Source: the human T2T-CHM13v2.0 reference genome, Homo sapiens
NCBI RefSeq assembly: GCF_009914755.1
Contig: NC_060938.1
Reading direction: 5' to 3' (one strand)
DNA length: 64,000 bases
Shown here: positions 20,415 to 35,874 of the stretch, piece by piece
Numbering within the stretch: position 1 is the stretch's first letter
Layout: the number at the start of each line of letters is the position of its first letter
Program-made: the position numbers and the translations under genes
The notes under the pieces: generated by a model
Told to the model about the DNA's origin: nothing
Seen by the model: the letters and a program-made list of their open reading frames with translations, nothing else
Databases searched by the model: none

Positions 20415-20726
20415 CTATCATGCGCTGCATAATGATGTTTTGGTTAAGGAAGGACTGCATATATGGTGGTCCCATAAGATTATAATGTATTTTTATTGTA
20501 CCTTTTCTGTGTTTAGATATGTTTAAGTACACAAATACTTCATTGTGTTGCAGTTGCCTACAGTATTCAGTACATTAACATGCTGTACAAGTTTGTAACC
20601 TAGATGTGCAGTAGGCTTTATCATCTAGGTTTGTGTAAGTATACTCCATGATGTTCACACAATGACAAAATTGCCTAATGACCCATTCCTCATAATATAT
20701 GCCCATTGCTAAGTGATGTGTGACTG
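20415..20726 (+). mobile_element. Tigger3a/MER7-like (TcMar-Tigger) non-autonomous DNA transposon
   Basis: Resembles the recalled consensus (catgcgctgcataa...ggtggtcccataagattataat...tgactg); TA on both sides. Confidence 0.8.
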
Positions 20727-20877
20727 TACTCTAAACCTCATATTATCTGTATCAGCACTCTTGTCTGGAAGCTCTTGTTTATCTCCTTTTTTTTTCATAA
20801 TAACTTTCCTATCTGCTTTAGTAAATGTTTCTCTTCCTTTGTTTCTTTTCCTAGCTCTTCTTGAAATTAGCCTGTTA

Positions 20878-21184
<307 letters not shown>

Positions 21185-21231
21185 TTAGACTTTACAATAT
21201 TAAATTAATATTTAACAAATATTTAATTAAT

Positions 21232-21261
21232 ATTTAACAATATTTTAAAATATTGTTAAAT
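21232..21261. repeat. 30-bp perfect AT-rich palindrome
   Basis: atttaacaatatttt|aaaatattgttaaat is self-complementary with no spacer. Confidence 0.95.
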
Positions 21262-21336
21262 GTTGTTTATCTTGGATGCTTACTTGGTCTTTGAGTAGTT
21301 TCTAGAGATAACTCAACCATCTGAATTTTTCAATAG

Positions 21337-21420
21337 ATGGCTGATCACTGGGAAACTGCACCTCGTCACATGATGCGTCTAGATATTCGTTCTTTGCTGC
21401 AAGATGCTGCTATTGAAGAG
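21337..21420 (+). CDS. YLPM1: YLPM1 coding exon (MADHWETAPRHMMRLDIRSLLQDAAIEE)
   Basis: caatag|A acceptor and GAG|gtgagt donor; 84 nt. Confidence 0.93.
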
Positions 21421-21424
21421 GTGA

Positions 21425-21433
21425 GTATCCTTT
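21425..21433 (+). promoter_or_regulatory. U12-type 5' splice-site consensus GTATCCTTT overlapping the U2 donor (use unproven)
   Basis: GAG|gtgaGTATCCTTTgg; exact match to the RTATCCTTT consensus. Confidence 0.5.
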
Positions 21434-21469
21434 GGTTCAAATGCAATGCAAAGTGATGTTACTTTTTCA

Positions 21470-22300
21470 CCTTTTTACTTTGAAAAACTTAAAACCTACA
21501 GAAAAGTTATATGAATAGTATTCATACAAGAACACCTACTGATATGCCTTTCATTGAGATCACGGTTAGTATTTTGCCACATTTTTCTCTGAATGCATGT
21601 ATTCTTATTAACATTCTTGTTAATGATGTCACTGTTTTTGTGGAACCATTTGAGAGTTAAGTTGCAGATCTTATAAACCTTCACCCTTAAATACATCAGT
21701 AGGTATCTTGTAAGAACAAGTACATTCTCTTTTGATTTGATGACAGTTATCAAATGCAGGAAATTTAGTATTGATAAAATACTATATTAAGTAATATAAA
21801 TTTCCTGAATTAAATTTCTTGAATTATCTCACATATAGTTTATATTCACATTTTACCAGTTGTCCCTATAACGTGGTATATAGAAATTTTCAAAAATCTA
21901 AGATTCAATCCTTTAATATAAAATATAGTTTCTCAGCCTTGTCATTGTCATGAAAGATAAAGAATTTATGAAGAGTATAGGCCTGTTTTGTAGAATGCCC
22001 CTCAATTTGAATTTGTCTGTTTCCACATGCTTAGGTTCAGGTTAAACATTAGCGGGAATGCTACATAAGTGATACTGTGCCCTCTCAGTGTGTCACATCA
22101 GGAGCCATATGGTGTTAATTTATCTCATTATTGGTGATTTAAGCACTGATTACTTGGTTAAGGTGATATCCATCAAATTTTTCTACCTTTTTCTCTTTGT
22201 GATAAGTAATCTGTAGGGAGATACTCTTAATATCTTTTCCCCAACAAATTTTCATTCACTGGTAATTCTTGCCTGAATTAATTATTTATTTGATGGAAGG
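21470..22300 (-). mobile_element. Old L1 3'-end relic (L1MC/ME-like)
   Basis: Typical motifs (tacagaaaagtt, catttgagagttaagttgcaga, tagaatgccctcaatttg). Confidence 0.6.
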
Positions 22301-22375
22301 AAAAATTTTCTATTTTTTACCAGTTGTAGGTTTCTGTTTGTTTGACCTCTTCCATACTCAATATTGTCATTGTGC

Positions 22376-23790
<1,415 letters not shown>

Positions 23791-24158
23791 TATACTTTTT
23801 CTTATATTTTGAAATTTGAATCATTGACATGTTTTTACCTGATTGGAAAAATACTCGTTAAAGATTTTTAAAAGTCTAGTAATCCATAGGCATTCAAAAT
23901 AGGTAACCATCTACTTAGCACTTATACTTAACTTTACAGGGAATTGTACAGACGGATATTCAAGGAAAATTAAAGGCAGTAGTATCCTGTCTTTTATCAG
24001 TTCTGTTTCAAAATTTAGGGTGTTAAAAATTACTTGGTATGTAACAGTGAGCCTGTCTTGCTCTGGGCAACTGTATTCATTCCAGATCTCAATGAGGGAG
24101 TCAATATTTTGCTAAATGTTAACTCAGTCTTTTTTTTTTTTTTTAATGGTTGGTATAG

Positions 24159-24239
24159 GTAGAGATGGAAGATTTTGATGCAAATATCGAAGAACAGAAA
24201 GAAGAAAAGAAAGATGCAGAGGAAGAGGAAAGCGAACTG
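24159..24239 (+). CDS. YLPM1: YLPM1 coding exon, acidic (VEMEDFDANIEEQKEEKKDAEEEESEL)
   Basis: T-tract...gtatag|G acceptor and CTG|gtagga donor; 81 nt. Confidence 0.92.
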
Positions 24240-27200
24240 GTAGGAGACAGACCAACCACTTTGAACAGTGTCTCTTTATTAAAATTCTTAAAGAAGGTTT
24301 AAATTCAGATCTGTGGTTAGACAACTACTGTTGATATACACTTTAGTGGTAAAAGTTTCCATAATCATCTTCAAGGAGACTTTTGGATACTCTTTATTTT
24401 TCCCCAGACCAAAAGAACCCTCTAATGTGGTGTTAAGAGAAAGTTTTAACAGAGTGCTAAGAAACTTACCCTTGTACTCATCTATTTGTGGGTGGTTTTA
24501 GGGGAGTATACCTTTTAAGAAAATCAATTACATATGAAAGGGCATTCTTACATTCCAGCAGATATGTGGCACAGCCTACCCAACATATGCATAATTGTCT
24601 CTTCTTTGCTACAAGATCTCCAAATTTGAGTTTCTGTCAACAGAGGCAGAAGAACTTATTGAATGGGGAGGCAGAGGGTTGCCACTGGCTGCTAGATTTG
24701 TTCTTCTGCATTTTATCCTAAGTGACGGGGAAAAATTAAATGACTGTGTAGGCAATGGATTTTGCTCAGGCTGATTAGAGGCTTACATAGTGTGAGTTTA
24801 AAGTTTCTGTGTACCTAATGTAAAATGCTTTCGATCACACCTCTGTAGAGATGTTTGCCTTTCCCTGTCATTCAAGAATATGCGACCTATAGAGTTACGT
24901 TGACTTTTCAGTGTTTGCTGAAGTACAGAGATTAGCAATGCCTTGGAATAGTGTTGCTTTTTAAATCCAGAATATTACTCGGTTTATTTAATACTTGAGC
25001 CCTTGCTAAAGTTGCTCCTCATATTCTTTTGAAAATGTACAAAATGAGAACTCTGATTCCTACCCCCTAGAGTATACAGAATCTCCAGGGAGTGGGCCCA
25101 TCGAACCCGTGTGTGATATAGAGGACTCTTGATAAAAACTGTGTTTATATAAAGATGGTGTCAACCTCTACATTCCAAGATTTCAAATGTGGATTAAAAA
25201 ATAAGTTTTAAAGTTAATGGCATTTGAGTCTCAGTATGTGTTTTTTTTAAATCTAGTTTTCTTAAGTTGTATTTTGGCATATATAATTTAAAATGTAGGC
25301 AGGATATTCACTACAAGGTCCACGCTCTTCTGGAATATGGCTAATGACTTCTTTAGCCATTTGCAGCGTGTGTACTAGAAACTGATTACGTGAGAAGTCT
25401 ATAATGTTTTAGCTTTCTGAAGCTCCGTCTTTCTTTTGTGGAGATTTCAGTGGTTCATAACATCTGACTTGCTTAGGTGTAGGTCAAAACTTGGGAACTT
25501 TTAATTGAATGTACTATTACTTTTTAAAGTGAAACACACTGTAATACTATATTTTTACATCAGAGTCATGGCAAGGAGGCCTTAAAATTCTACCCTGCTG
25601 GATTATCTGTTTTATTTCCAAGTGGCCTACAATTTCAAGCAATGGGAGAGTAATATAGTTTAAAGGAAGCACAGGATGATTCCAGCAGGGGGAAATGAAT
25701 ACACTTGTCTGCCTGACTTGATTATAAAACTTCTCTTAACCCATTCAAAGATGCAGAATTGAAATCTTTTACTATTGGAGTCCATTCCAAGAGTAAAAGA
25801 TTCTTGGAGAATATGTTAACCAAGGGTTAAGAGCAAGTTTCATACCAACCACTCAGATCATTTAAATGGAATTCTCAGTAAACCTTGCATTTTCCACTCT
25901 GCACTAATTAATATAGCTGGATGAAATCCAAAGTTTTGTTGGTAAAGATAATCGTTTGTAGGGGATCATTGGTATGATAGTTTGCCTCCTTTAGTGCTTC
26001 AGTGAACCTAGTAGATAAAATTTATAAATATATTATTCCAGTGATGCTTAAAGTTTTCAGATGATTTTTAAGATGTAACTTGTCTTCAGTACTTTTAGCA
26101 CTATCACTTCAGTATAGCTTTGTCTTGGTTTGTTCTAAAAAATGTATTTGGGAAATATATAATTTGTAATCCAAAATACTACCTAGTAAGTTGAAATTGA
26201 ATTATTAGTTCTGGCTGGTAGACTAGAAATGTATGAAACCCATAGGATTATGCTCTAGTAAACTCTTACACAGAAGCTATCATCATGAAATCTTCAAAAT
26301 GCTTTGTGACTTACTTTACCTGTGTGTCAGTTTGTTTCATGAACTTGAACATTCCCAACAGTAGAGAGATAGATTGATTCATAAAAGAGGATACTGACAC
26401 CTTTGATGAATCTGTCGTATTTACTAGGTTCCAATATTAACATTTCTGTATGTTAGGTCTAATGGAAAACAGTCTAAATGAAGGTAAAGGGGAATAATGA
26501 TAAATCACATGGTAAAAGCATATACTTGCTAGGTGAATAAACAGAAATGATTACTGCATAGTTCAATAGGCACACTGGGAAATTTGAAAATCTTTTGGGA
26601 GTGACTTTGAAATAAGCCACCCAGTTATTTTATGAAATATAAGATGTAAGTTGCCAGTGGAGATTTCTGGTTTTTCATGTAAGAGGAAAACATAATTTTA
26701 AAAAACATCAGAAATAATAATCTAGTTTTCAACTGATAAAAATGTTCTGAATTTGATTCAGTAAAATTAGCCGTTGTATGCTCTAACTGGTAAATGAATT
26801 GAGTCATTTTAAAATGAAGTTGAACTTCCTAATCGGGTAATTGGGTTAAGTGCCACCAATTCTTTTCCTTTCTTTTGAGTACTTAAGATTACTGAAATAT
26901 AAAGTAACTATCTTGAAGAACACTTTTTGCATCTTATAGCTACTATCACTTGAGAATAGCAGTTGTATTTAGAAGATAACCTAGCTAGTATTACAAATTC
27001 TCTGATACTCTGAGTAATATTAATATTAGCACAGTAACTACCTGTACATTCTTATCATATTTGCTATACAGCTGTTGTTCAGACTACAATTGTGAGTCCT
27101 GAACTGTAGCTGCCTCAAAGCGCCTTCATGATACTATTCTGAAGTGACTACTCTGAAATGTGGACAGTGAAGTTTGGTGAATTTGGTCATTTAGTTTCTT

Positions 27201-27357
27201 CAAAGATAATGAGATTGTGTTTCCCCTAAGGATGTATTTACAGCTAGTCAGTGGAAACTGAATCCATTCCCAGTTTTAATGCTTTTCCAGTTCAAACGTG
27301 ATATGCATGTATGTGTCTCTTTCTAACCCTTCGAGCTTCTCTCTGTGTACGATTTAG

Positions 27358-27409
27358 GGTTACATTCCGAAAAGCAAATGGGAGATGGACACATCTGAGG
27401 CAAAGCTAG
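27358..27409 (+). CDS. YLPM1: YLPM1 52-nt coding exon (GYIPKSKWEMDTSEAKL)
   Basis: Branch-like TTCTAAC at 27321-27327, atttag|G acceptor and CTAG|gtgggt donor. Needed to keep the frame into 32315. Confidence 0.9.
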
Positions 27410-30400
27410 GTGGGTATTTCCTTTTTCCTGTTTTTATATGTGATACCTGATGGTAATGGTCATAGATCTTTCTGCTATAAGAGGAACAAATTTCCTAAAA
27501 CTTCTACTTGAACAGAGATTTCTGGCCTACCTTATATCCTCCAATCTATTTTGCTAGTTTTTATATCTTGTAACAAAGTGATAAGTATTTTAAAAGAACT
27601 GCTTTCAATACTATTTAAAGTTTTTAGAGTCAACAGAAATATTTGATAATTTAGCAACAAAATATTGTCACTTATAAAATCTATTCTTTTATATTAATCA
27701 GAAATGTTGGTGCTGATGAGATTTCTTTTTTAAAGAATATTTAAATGCAGTCCAAAGTTAAACCTGATTATGAATACTTTAGATAATAAAAATAATATAA
27801 AGTTTAAAATTAATTAAAAGGCATTTATTCTCCTTGTATAATAAATGAGAGTTTCTGAGTAGAGAGGAGTAGATATATAATTCAGGTTTTTGAGGAGCCT
27901 GCTTTATAAGATTCAGTTTAAATTTTTCTCCAAATTGTTAATGCCAAATTCCAAGGTAAACCAGTTTAAATGATTGTCTAAATCAGAATTTGGAGTTGCT
28001 TAATGTGAAGTTATCTGTCAAACAAAAAAGTCATACATATCCAATGGATTCCCTCTATTATTTGTTGGTGAAAACTGCAAAATATTTTTTCAGTTTTACT
28101 TCGCTTAAAGAGAACCATTTAACATGTTGATTAAGATGTATTAATAAAAATCTAAAACAATGTGCTAAGGACTTTTTGAGATCAGCCTTACTGATGTATG
28201 AAGTATGACTGTCAGTTTATGTTTCTTTTCCTGGTATTATACTCCAAAACTAAAGGAACCATCTAAGTATCTTAAATTGATACAGGAAGTTTGAGTCATT
28301 GAGCTGCTTCATTGCTTGGGACATGTGTTTCTGACATCAGAGGAGTGCATTTTACATGCAATTACATAAGTTGTGCCTTTAATTTGCCCCAACTACTTGT
28401 GTTAGTAGTTGGTATTGACTAGGTTCTGTGTTAAAAGACAGTTCCACGGACTTTATTATTACATTACTGGTATAGGTGCTTTGTTGTCAAGTCTAAAAGA
28501 TTTTTTTTAGTTTATGTCATGTGAAAATTATATGTGGTTTTTGACATATTCTTCTAGTAGTCTTCCCTCTGTGGGAAATCTTAATAATAACCAATTGTCA
28601 TCTTCCAGAGACCCTTAAAGCACTTATGTGTTTAAATGCAATTAAATATGTAGGAAAATAAAAATTACAAAATACTTTTAAAATAATAATAATGCTTTAG
28701 TTCTGCTTATTTCGACGTTAGATTAACTCTCTGTGAAGTTCTGTACATTAGAATGACCCATAATATGCCAAGATCATTTCTCTCTTCTGGTTCTCTTAAA
28801 TATTGATTATCCTTTAGGGCAAAGAGAGATCATAAATAAAGATAGTTAAGGGGAATGTAAAAGTGATAAATATTAACTTGTAATCTCTAGAGGCCTCATG
28901 TAATACATGATCTGGGGTAATGCTGTTTTAAACTCAAGCCAGTCCATCTTTTACTTTTCTTTCTGTTTTTAAAAGGAAAAGGGAATTTAGTTGTGATGAT
29001 TATTCAAGAATATATATTAATATTGGTATTTCTTGGAATTTCTGGAAAACATTCTGGCCCTTCTACCATTTGCTTCTCAGAAAAAAACATTTTATACAAA
29101 TTTTCAGTTTTAAAGACAGAATAGTAGACAATGAATTCCAGAAATGGATTTTTAAAACAAACCATTTCAGTGAAAGGCACTGAAGATCTGGTAATAAATC
29201 TAGGAAATAAATTTTAACATATTTACAGTCGGGTTTTTATTTTTTAACAAGAGTGATAGTGATGTTGTATATAAGGACTTGTATCTTGCACCACTGTATT
29301 GAGAGCTAATCCCACCACAGAGGAAGGCAAATTTAGTGTGCATTCTTGAAAGTGCTTAGTACTTTGAGGTTGGTCCATTGAGCCAACTGAGAAGATTCTT
29401 CTCTAAAACATGAGGATCTTGTGTCGGATCTTGTAGCCTATTTATGTTGCCTTCCTTATCATAACAAATTTAATATAATTTGATTACCAAGTACAATTTA
29501 TTTTTCTGAGTACTTTACCAACATTCTCCAATTACTCTTGGAAAATGATTATACTGGGTGGAAATGTATTAAGTTTTAGCAGTGTCACATGTTGAGCAAA
29601 AACAGTTGAATCTGAAACAGAGGAATTTTGATTCACAAATGAGTCTGCCAGTGAGAACATACTTACCTATAGTCTTTGAAGCAGCTGGTTAGAGCTTATT
29701 GCAGATTCTTGGTCTATGCTCATTAAGTTTAGTACACAGTTCAGCCTGTGCCTGAATGTTAAATTGGAAGTGGTGTGATTTTTAAAACAGTTCAGAACAG
29801 GCCTGAGCTACCTCTGGCATGGAGTTGTTGAAGGCTGCCTGTGGCCCACCTTCAGTCCCACCAGACTGGTTCTTCCCTGCTGGGACACAGGCATCATAAT
29901 GCAAGGGCAGGTTGTTACTTGCCACATCAGGTGGTGGGATTCAGCATTGAAGCTACTTAAACTCCAGTGACATGATTTTAGTTTCTCATACTGTGAAGCT
30001 AGAATATTTGAGACTGTTACCATCCTAATTTAGGTTTCTTCATATAAAGTACTTTTGCTTTTCTCATCTCAGTGTCATTTGTCTCTACTCTTGAGTTGTA
30101 TATTGGTTTTCTACATGTCAGACAGATTCATCTCTTCAGAGTTGGAATATAATTATTATTTGTATAGGTGCATAATCTTGTATGTTTACGTTGAACAGAT
30201 TTTCAGAAATACCATTTACATTTAGAAAATACATAGATGTATCTAAGGAATTTTTCTGTTGTGCTATAATACATACTGTTTCAAATATGTGGTAAAATTC
30301 TGTGACCTGCCATATTGGATTTAAAACTTCATCTTCATCTTAAAACTTCATCTTTTGAAATCTCTGAAAATCATTAGTGTGCATGTATTGAACACCAGTC

Positions 30401-31510
30401 TTTATTCTGTAATTAACACCCCAGATTTCTTTCCCCTCACCTTATGCCATCCATCTGTGTGTTTGGTTTCCAGTATGCCATGTGGAAGAGGTGTGAGCCT
30501 TTCTTCAGCCCAAGAAGGAAACTTTAAACATATTTGCACAATAAAATTTCAAATTAAACATTTCAAAAAGGGTGCTCAGACTAGAAATACATGCTCTTCT
30601 GAAATTCCATGTTGCAACTGTAACTCCTGTCATATATACCCAGTGTATGAGGAAAAGTTCTTGCAGTTTTCACACTGCCCTTCTGTATTGCTGCCTGGCT
30701 GTGCTCTGTTGTTGGAACTGAAATATGAAATTTTTACTTTGAAGTATGTTAATGTCAAAGTTGATCGTATTAAGTTTGGAAATCCTTTGAGGTTTATCTA
30801 ATAAGTGTGTTGGAGCTTCTGTCTCTTCTGGTAATACTGTACCCTGTTGAACCAAGAACAGTTTTATTGTTTGTGGGACTTCGTTGGTTTTCTAATACCA
30901 TAACCTGTGTCCCTGTGCAGTCAGGGGGTCACTTCTTTAAGATCATGTATAATACGGCCCGTCATATACACGTAGATAGAGCCATGTGATTCCAGAAATT
31001 AGAAGACTGGATCTGTGGAATCCATACATGTTAAAATTTTGCCAAAATGAGATGATTAAAATTTTTGTGAGTTTTATAAACTGTTGCAGTTCGCCTTACT
31101 GATTTTTCAATGATAATCACTTTTATGGGAAGGGGGCTTAGGAACAAAAAACTTTGCCAAGAATGCAAAATCTTACTGGTTTTTAAAGCTTGTAACAGTT
31201 GTGTGTAAAACTTTTATATTTGAAACGTAAACTCACCCTTTCTGCCACTGCTTTCATTGCACTTTTCATACCAAGTTCTCTCCAACGTGGTGTCTGAAAG
31301 ATTTTTATTATATACACTCTTTATGGAATTCAATGAAGTGTGGTTATGCTGTGTTTCTGAAGTTTTTAGGCTTTTCTTCATTGGCCTGCCTAATACTAGT
31401 GTGTTTCTATAACTTCAGATGATTCAAAAGTTTAGTGCTTCATTGTAGCAAAAAATGTATATAACTCATAATATCCTACATGTAGTATTCAAAATCAATT
31501 ATTAATAACC

Positions 31511-31516
31511 AATAAA
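31511..31516 (+). terminator. Candidate intronic poly(A) signal in YLPM1
   Basis: AATAAA with upstream TGTA motifs (31444, 31456, 31481), CA dinucleotides downstream and a T/GT-rich element at 31529-31550. Confidence 0.45.
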
Positions 31517-32314
31517 AGACTCAACACATTTTCATTGCGTGTTCTTCTTTAAGACACCTAAACTCATATCTCATAATTTCTGAATCCGCAATCCCTATTC
31601 ATTAATTGATTACAGTTTTTGAGTTGTTGGAAAGCCTAGCCCTCTCAGATTCAGGGTTCAGAAAGAATTACCAGGTCTGGTAAAATTGTCTGACTAGCCC
31701 TTAGCCTCAGAATGGTCAACTTCATAGTATAAGCAAAGAAAGTGGTGATCTCATATAGTCAGCTTTTTCATGAACATTAATTCATGGTGAATGCACTCAC
31801 AGCAACCAAAATCCAAAAAAAAAAAATGTTCATCTAAAACCTTAAACATTAGCTTGGCTCATTGAGTTCTTGGTACAACCTGCTTTTCATATGACACAGT
31901 ATCAAACATGATTTCAGATGAAATGGGTGGTGTTAATATTGTGTTAAAGAAAAAAAGAATGGAAGACACTGTCTAGAAAAGCCCAACTTTGCATTTGCCA
32001 TCAGAAAATGAGAACTGTGGTGGGTGGGAGGACAAGGAGGCCAGGAGCCAAGTGCCTTTTCTTGCCTTGCCCATATTTGCTCTTAAACCAACATCGTAAA
32101 CATAATGGCTACCAGTGTGAATACCAAACAATGGAAATTGCACAGAACTTGATATTATCTCAGCCAAGAAGATAGTTTGGATCTGCAAGTGATGCTGCAC
32201 TCAAAAATGTGGATATGCCCTCTGAAAGCGTTCCAGCCTTCTTTTCCCCTGTGTGTGTGTCGTGTGCAAACTCACACTCTTCCTTAATGCTACGGCTCTG
32301 TGTTTGTCCCTCAG

Positions 32315-32445
32315 ACAAGTTGGATGGCTTGAGGACTGGTACTAAAAGGAAACGTGACTGGGAGGCCATTGCCAGCAGAATGGAGGATTATCTTCAGCTC
32401 CCCGATGATTATGATACTCGTGCTTCTGAGCCTGGGAAGAAGAGG
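32315..32445 (+). CDS. YLPM1: YLPM1 coding exon (KLDGLRTGTKRKRDWEAI...EPGKKR)
   Basis: ccctcag|A acceptor and AGG|gtaaga donor; matches the frame of ORF 32209..32550. Confidence 0.93.
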
Positions 32446-33656
32446 GTAAGAGACTTTGTCAATAACTGCCAACAAATGAAGGGCCCATTTAGGCATCTGG
32501 TTTTAGGAAGTTACAGGCAGATGATCACATGGATGCTATTTTTAGAATGATTTAGTTTACGCTATGTCATGTATCCCAAGAAGGAGTCATACCTTATAAA
32601 TTATCTCATCAAAATGTACAAGTAGCTTAAAAAATTGGAGAACAGAACCTCACATGGCTAGCACGTTGTCAACCTTAAAGGCATTGGGAGTGGCCAGTCA
32701 CTTGTGCTATTTTGTCATGGGGCAAAAAAAGCCAGGTACAGAGTAGGGTATTGAAGAGAACCTGTGGAACTTCTTAATGGATGGGATGTGGAGGGTCCAA
32801 AGGTAGATCAAGGGTGACCCCTTGGTACTCTGGCCATGAGCACTGCATGTGTGTAGTACCATTTAGTGAGAGAGAAAACTGGGGGAGTCATAGGTCATAA
32901 TTTTTGGAACTGAGAGAAATGATTTAAGTTCTGTGAGAGAAATTCTAATTTTTCTTCTAATTAAGTTAGAAATATAAGTGAAAATGTCAAAATGACTGTT
33001 GGATTTATTAGTATAAAACTCACCAGAGAGATCAGACTGAACTAACAAATTTCAGGAAATGGTATTTAAAACCGTGGGACTGAATGATCTTGCCCAAGGA
33101 AAAAGTATAAATGGAAAAGGTAATAGGACGCCAGACCTCCAAAATTTAGTTCAGATAGAGGTGTTTCAAGAAGGAAAGAGTATAGTCAGTTTTTAAATGA
33201 TGCAGAAAAGACAAGTAAGTTTGGAACAGGTAAATGGCTGCTAGATGTTGGCAACATGGAGGTCACTGATGATTGTAGTTTGTCATCAGTCTACAGTGAT
33301 GAGGCAGCAGAAACCAGTTTGGAGCAGATTAAAGAATGAATAAGAAATGATGAAGTACAGTACAGCATATATAGGCAACTTTTTGAAGTTTTGCTGTGAA
33401 AGGGAATAGAGAAATGAAGCTAGGATATTAGATAGGTCTTTACATAAATGTTGAATTCGATAGTGATAGATGTGTATATCCTTTAAAACAAAATAAAGCA
33501 AAGGGATCGTATTATATATACTGTTGTGTAGAAGTCTTTTTCAGCTAATCCATCTTGATCTTTCTATATAAGCATATACAGAACTACCATTCTTTTTAAA
33601 GGGCTACTTGGTGTCCCATTGTTTGGTTGTACAATCAGTTATTTAACTAGTCCCTT

Positions 33657-34047
33657 TGTGTTAGTCCGTTTGCGTTGCTATAAAGGAATACGTGAGATTG
33701 GGTAATTCATGAAGATAAAAGGTTTATTTTGGCTCACTGTCCTGCAGGCTGTACAAGAAGCATGGTGCTAGCATCAGCTCCTGGTGAGGCCTCAGAAAGT
33801 CTTCAATTATGGTGGAAGACAAGGGGGGAGCCAGCATGTGACGTGGCGAGAGAGGAACCAAGGGGAGGGGGTCCCAACTCCTTTTAACAACCAGATCTCA
33901 CATGAACTCAGAGTGTGAACTCGCTCATTACCGTCAGGAGGGCACCAAGACATTCACGAGGATCCTCCTCCATGACCCAAACACCTTCAGTATCGGGGAT
34001 TACAATTCAACATGAGATTTGAAGGGGACAAACATCCAAACCATAAT
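33657..34047. mobile_element. MST-family (ERVL-MaLR) solo LTR
   Basis: Starts tgtgttagtccgtttgcgttgctataaaggaatac and ends ...catgagatttgaaggggacaaacatccaaaccata. Confidence 0.88.
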
Positions 34048-35560
34048 GTCTTTACTGATGGATGCTTACAGTGTTTCCATTTATTGCCAGTACAGATGTG
34101 AAGGTTGTGGTGTGTATGTCTCTCTCTACACGCTTACATGCAAATAATTGCCTGTTTTTCTACAGCAGTGCTGTAATCAAACTCTTTAACTTTTGACAAT
34201 CTGATAGGTGAAAAAAATAGTATCTCATTTTTCATTTATTTACTAAGAATGAGGTTGTGCATCATTTATCTTTATGCATCATTTCTTTGTATTTCTTTCT
34301 TAACGAATTTTCTCAGTGCCTTAATGTGCTTAGTGTACTTAGTAATGGGCACCATTACAAAGAATCCAGGTTTCAAAGCTTTTTAAAATACTGCAGATAC
34401 TCCAAAGCCTGCCCTTGTCTGTGTAGCTTCAAAGGATGGGTAAGGGAGAGTCCACTGCCATTTGCACCCAGCCTCACCAAAGGACTGCTTATAGTGATAC
34501 CTCTTACTCCAGTTTTAAGGCTGGAGCCAACAGAGGCAGAAGTGGCCCTTCCTTGCAAATAATAAAGTGTAGTTCTGGTAACAATTAGTAATCTAAAATG
34601 AGAAATATTTTCTCTGTTTTTACTCAGGTAACTATCACTGTCTTCACTGAGGAGTATGTAATCCCATGCAGTTTATTTTATTAGGTTGGGTGACCAAAGA
34701 GAACTGAGTGGTGCACATTCTAGTTCTTTAAAGTTGCTCCTCTTTAAGTCTCCTCCCCTGCCTTATACCTTGACTTCAGATAGTTTTTAACTCTTGAACC
34801 ACTCACCAAAACCAACATTAGAGCACAGGAGATCCTACAGGTAGCAAAGAATACAGAATGCTGTACATTACTCATTCCTTCTTGGGTTTCTTTGTTTCTG
34901 TGATTCAGCTTGTTACAGATATCAGATGGGTTCTTGGGATTAACTTCCTCTATAACAAAAACGTGGTTCTGTAGAGTTGGTTATATTAGAATTTTGCCTA
35001 AATGGCTAGGCTTTAAAATATAATTTACTTTTAAAGTATTTGCTTGCTTGGGTATAAAATGGTAGCTTACTTGGACTTTAATTTGTATTTCTTTGATGAC
35101 TATGGAAGGTGAACCTTTCCCTTGTTTGTTTGCTGAATTTGTATATTTTAGAAATACTTATAGTTACAGTGGATGAAATATAAGTACCTCAAACCTTTGA
35201 GGGCTAGTTAAGATTTTTCTGTATTATAACAAATTTATTTTTACAGGAAAAAACAACAGCAAAAATGTCGTAAGTCTCAAAAGTACCTCTAGGAAAATTA
35301 AAAGGGACACTGATATTCAAGAAGCCATTTCAAGCTGAAAGTCATTATTCTGCTCCTTGTATGTTTAGTGGTTCGGTAATCATTTATTCATTCCATATGT
35401 TGAATGTCTTTGTACGAAGTCTATGAATGAGTCCTCTTAAGGAGCTGACATCCAGTGGAGGAATTCAACATGTAAATAAATAATTTTACTATAGCATCAA
35501 TATAAATTAGAGATATTAACAAAATACAATAGTTTCCAAAATATTTTAATTCCAACTTCA

Positions 35561-35874
35561 TTTGTTTTTTGTTTTTTTGTTTTTTATTTTTGAGACAGAG
35601 TCTCACTCTGTTGCCCAGCCTGGAGTGCAGTGGTGATTTTGGCTCACTGCAACCTCTGCCTCCCAGGTTCAAGCCATTCTCATGCCTCAGCCTCCTGAGT
35701 AGCTGGGATTACAGGCACCCACCACCACGTCCGGCTAATTTTGTTTGTATTTTTAGTAGAGACGGGGTTTCGCCATGTTGGCCAGGCTGGTCTCAAACTC
35801 CTGACCTCAGGTGATCTGTCTGCTGCAGCCTCCCAAAGTGCTGGGATTACAGGCGTGAGCCACTGTGCCTGGCC
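35561..35874 (-). mobile_element. Alu (AluS-like)
   Basis: Antisense dimer; TSD taattccaa. Confidence 0.94.

Noticed and set aside
30355-30801. 148-aa plus-strand ORF in a YLPM1 intron
   Set aside because: TTG start, Cys/Phe/Leu-rich composition typical of AT-rich non-coding DNA, and no recognisable domain or exon framing.
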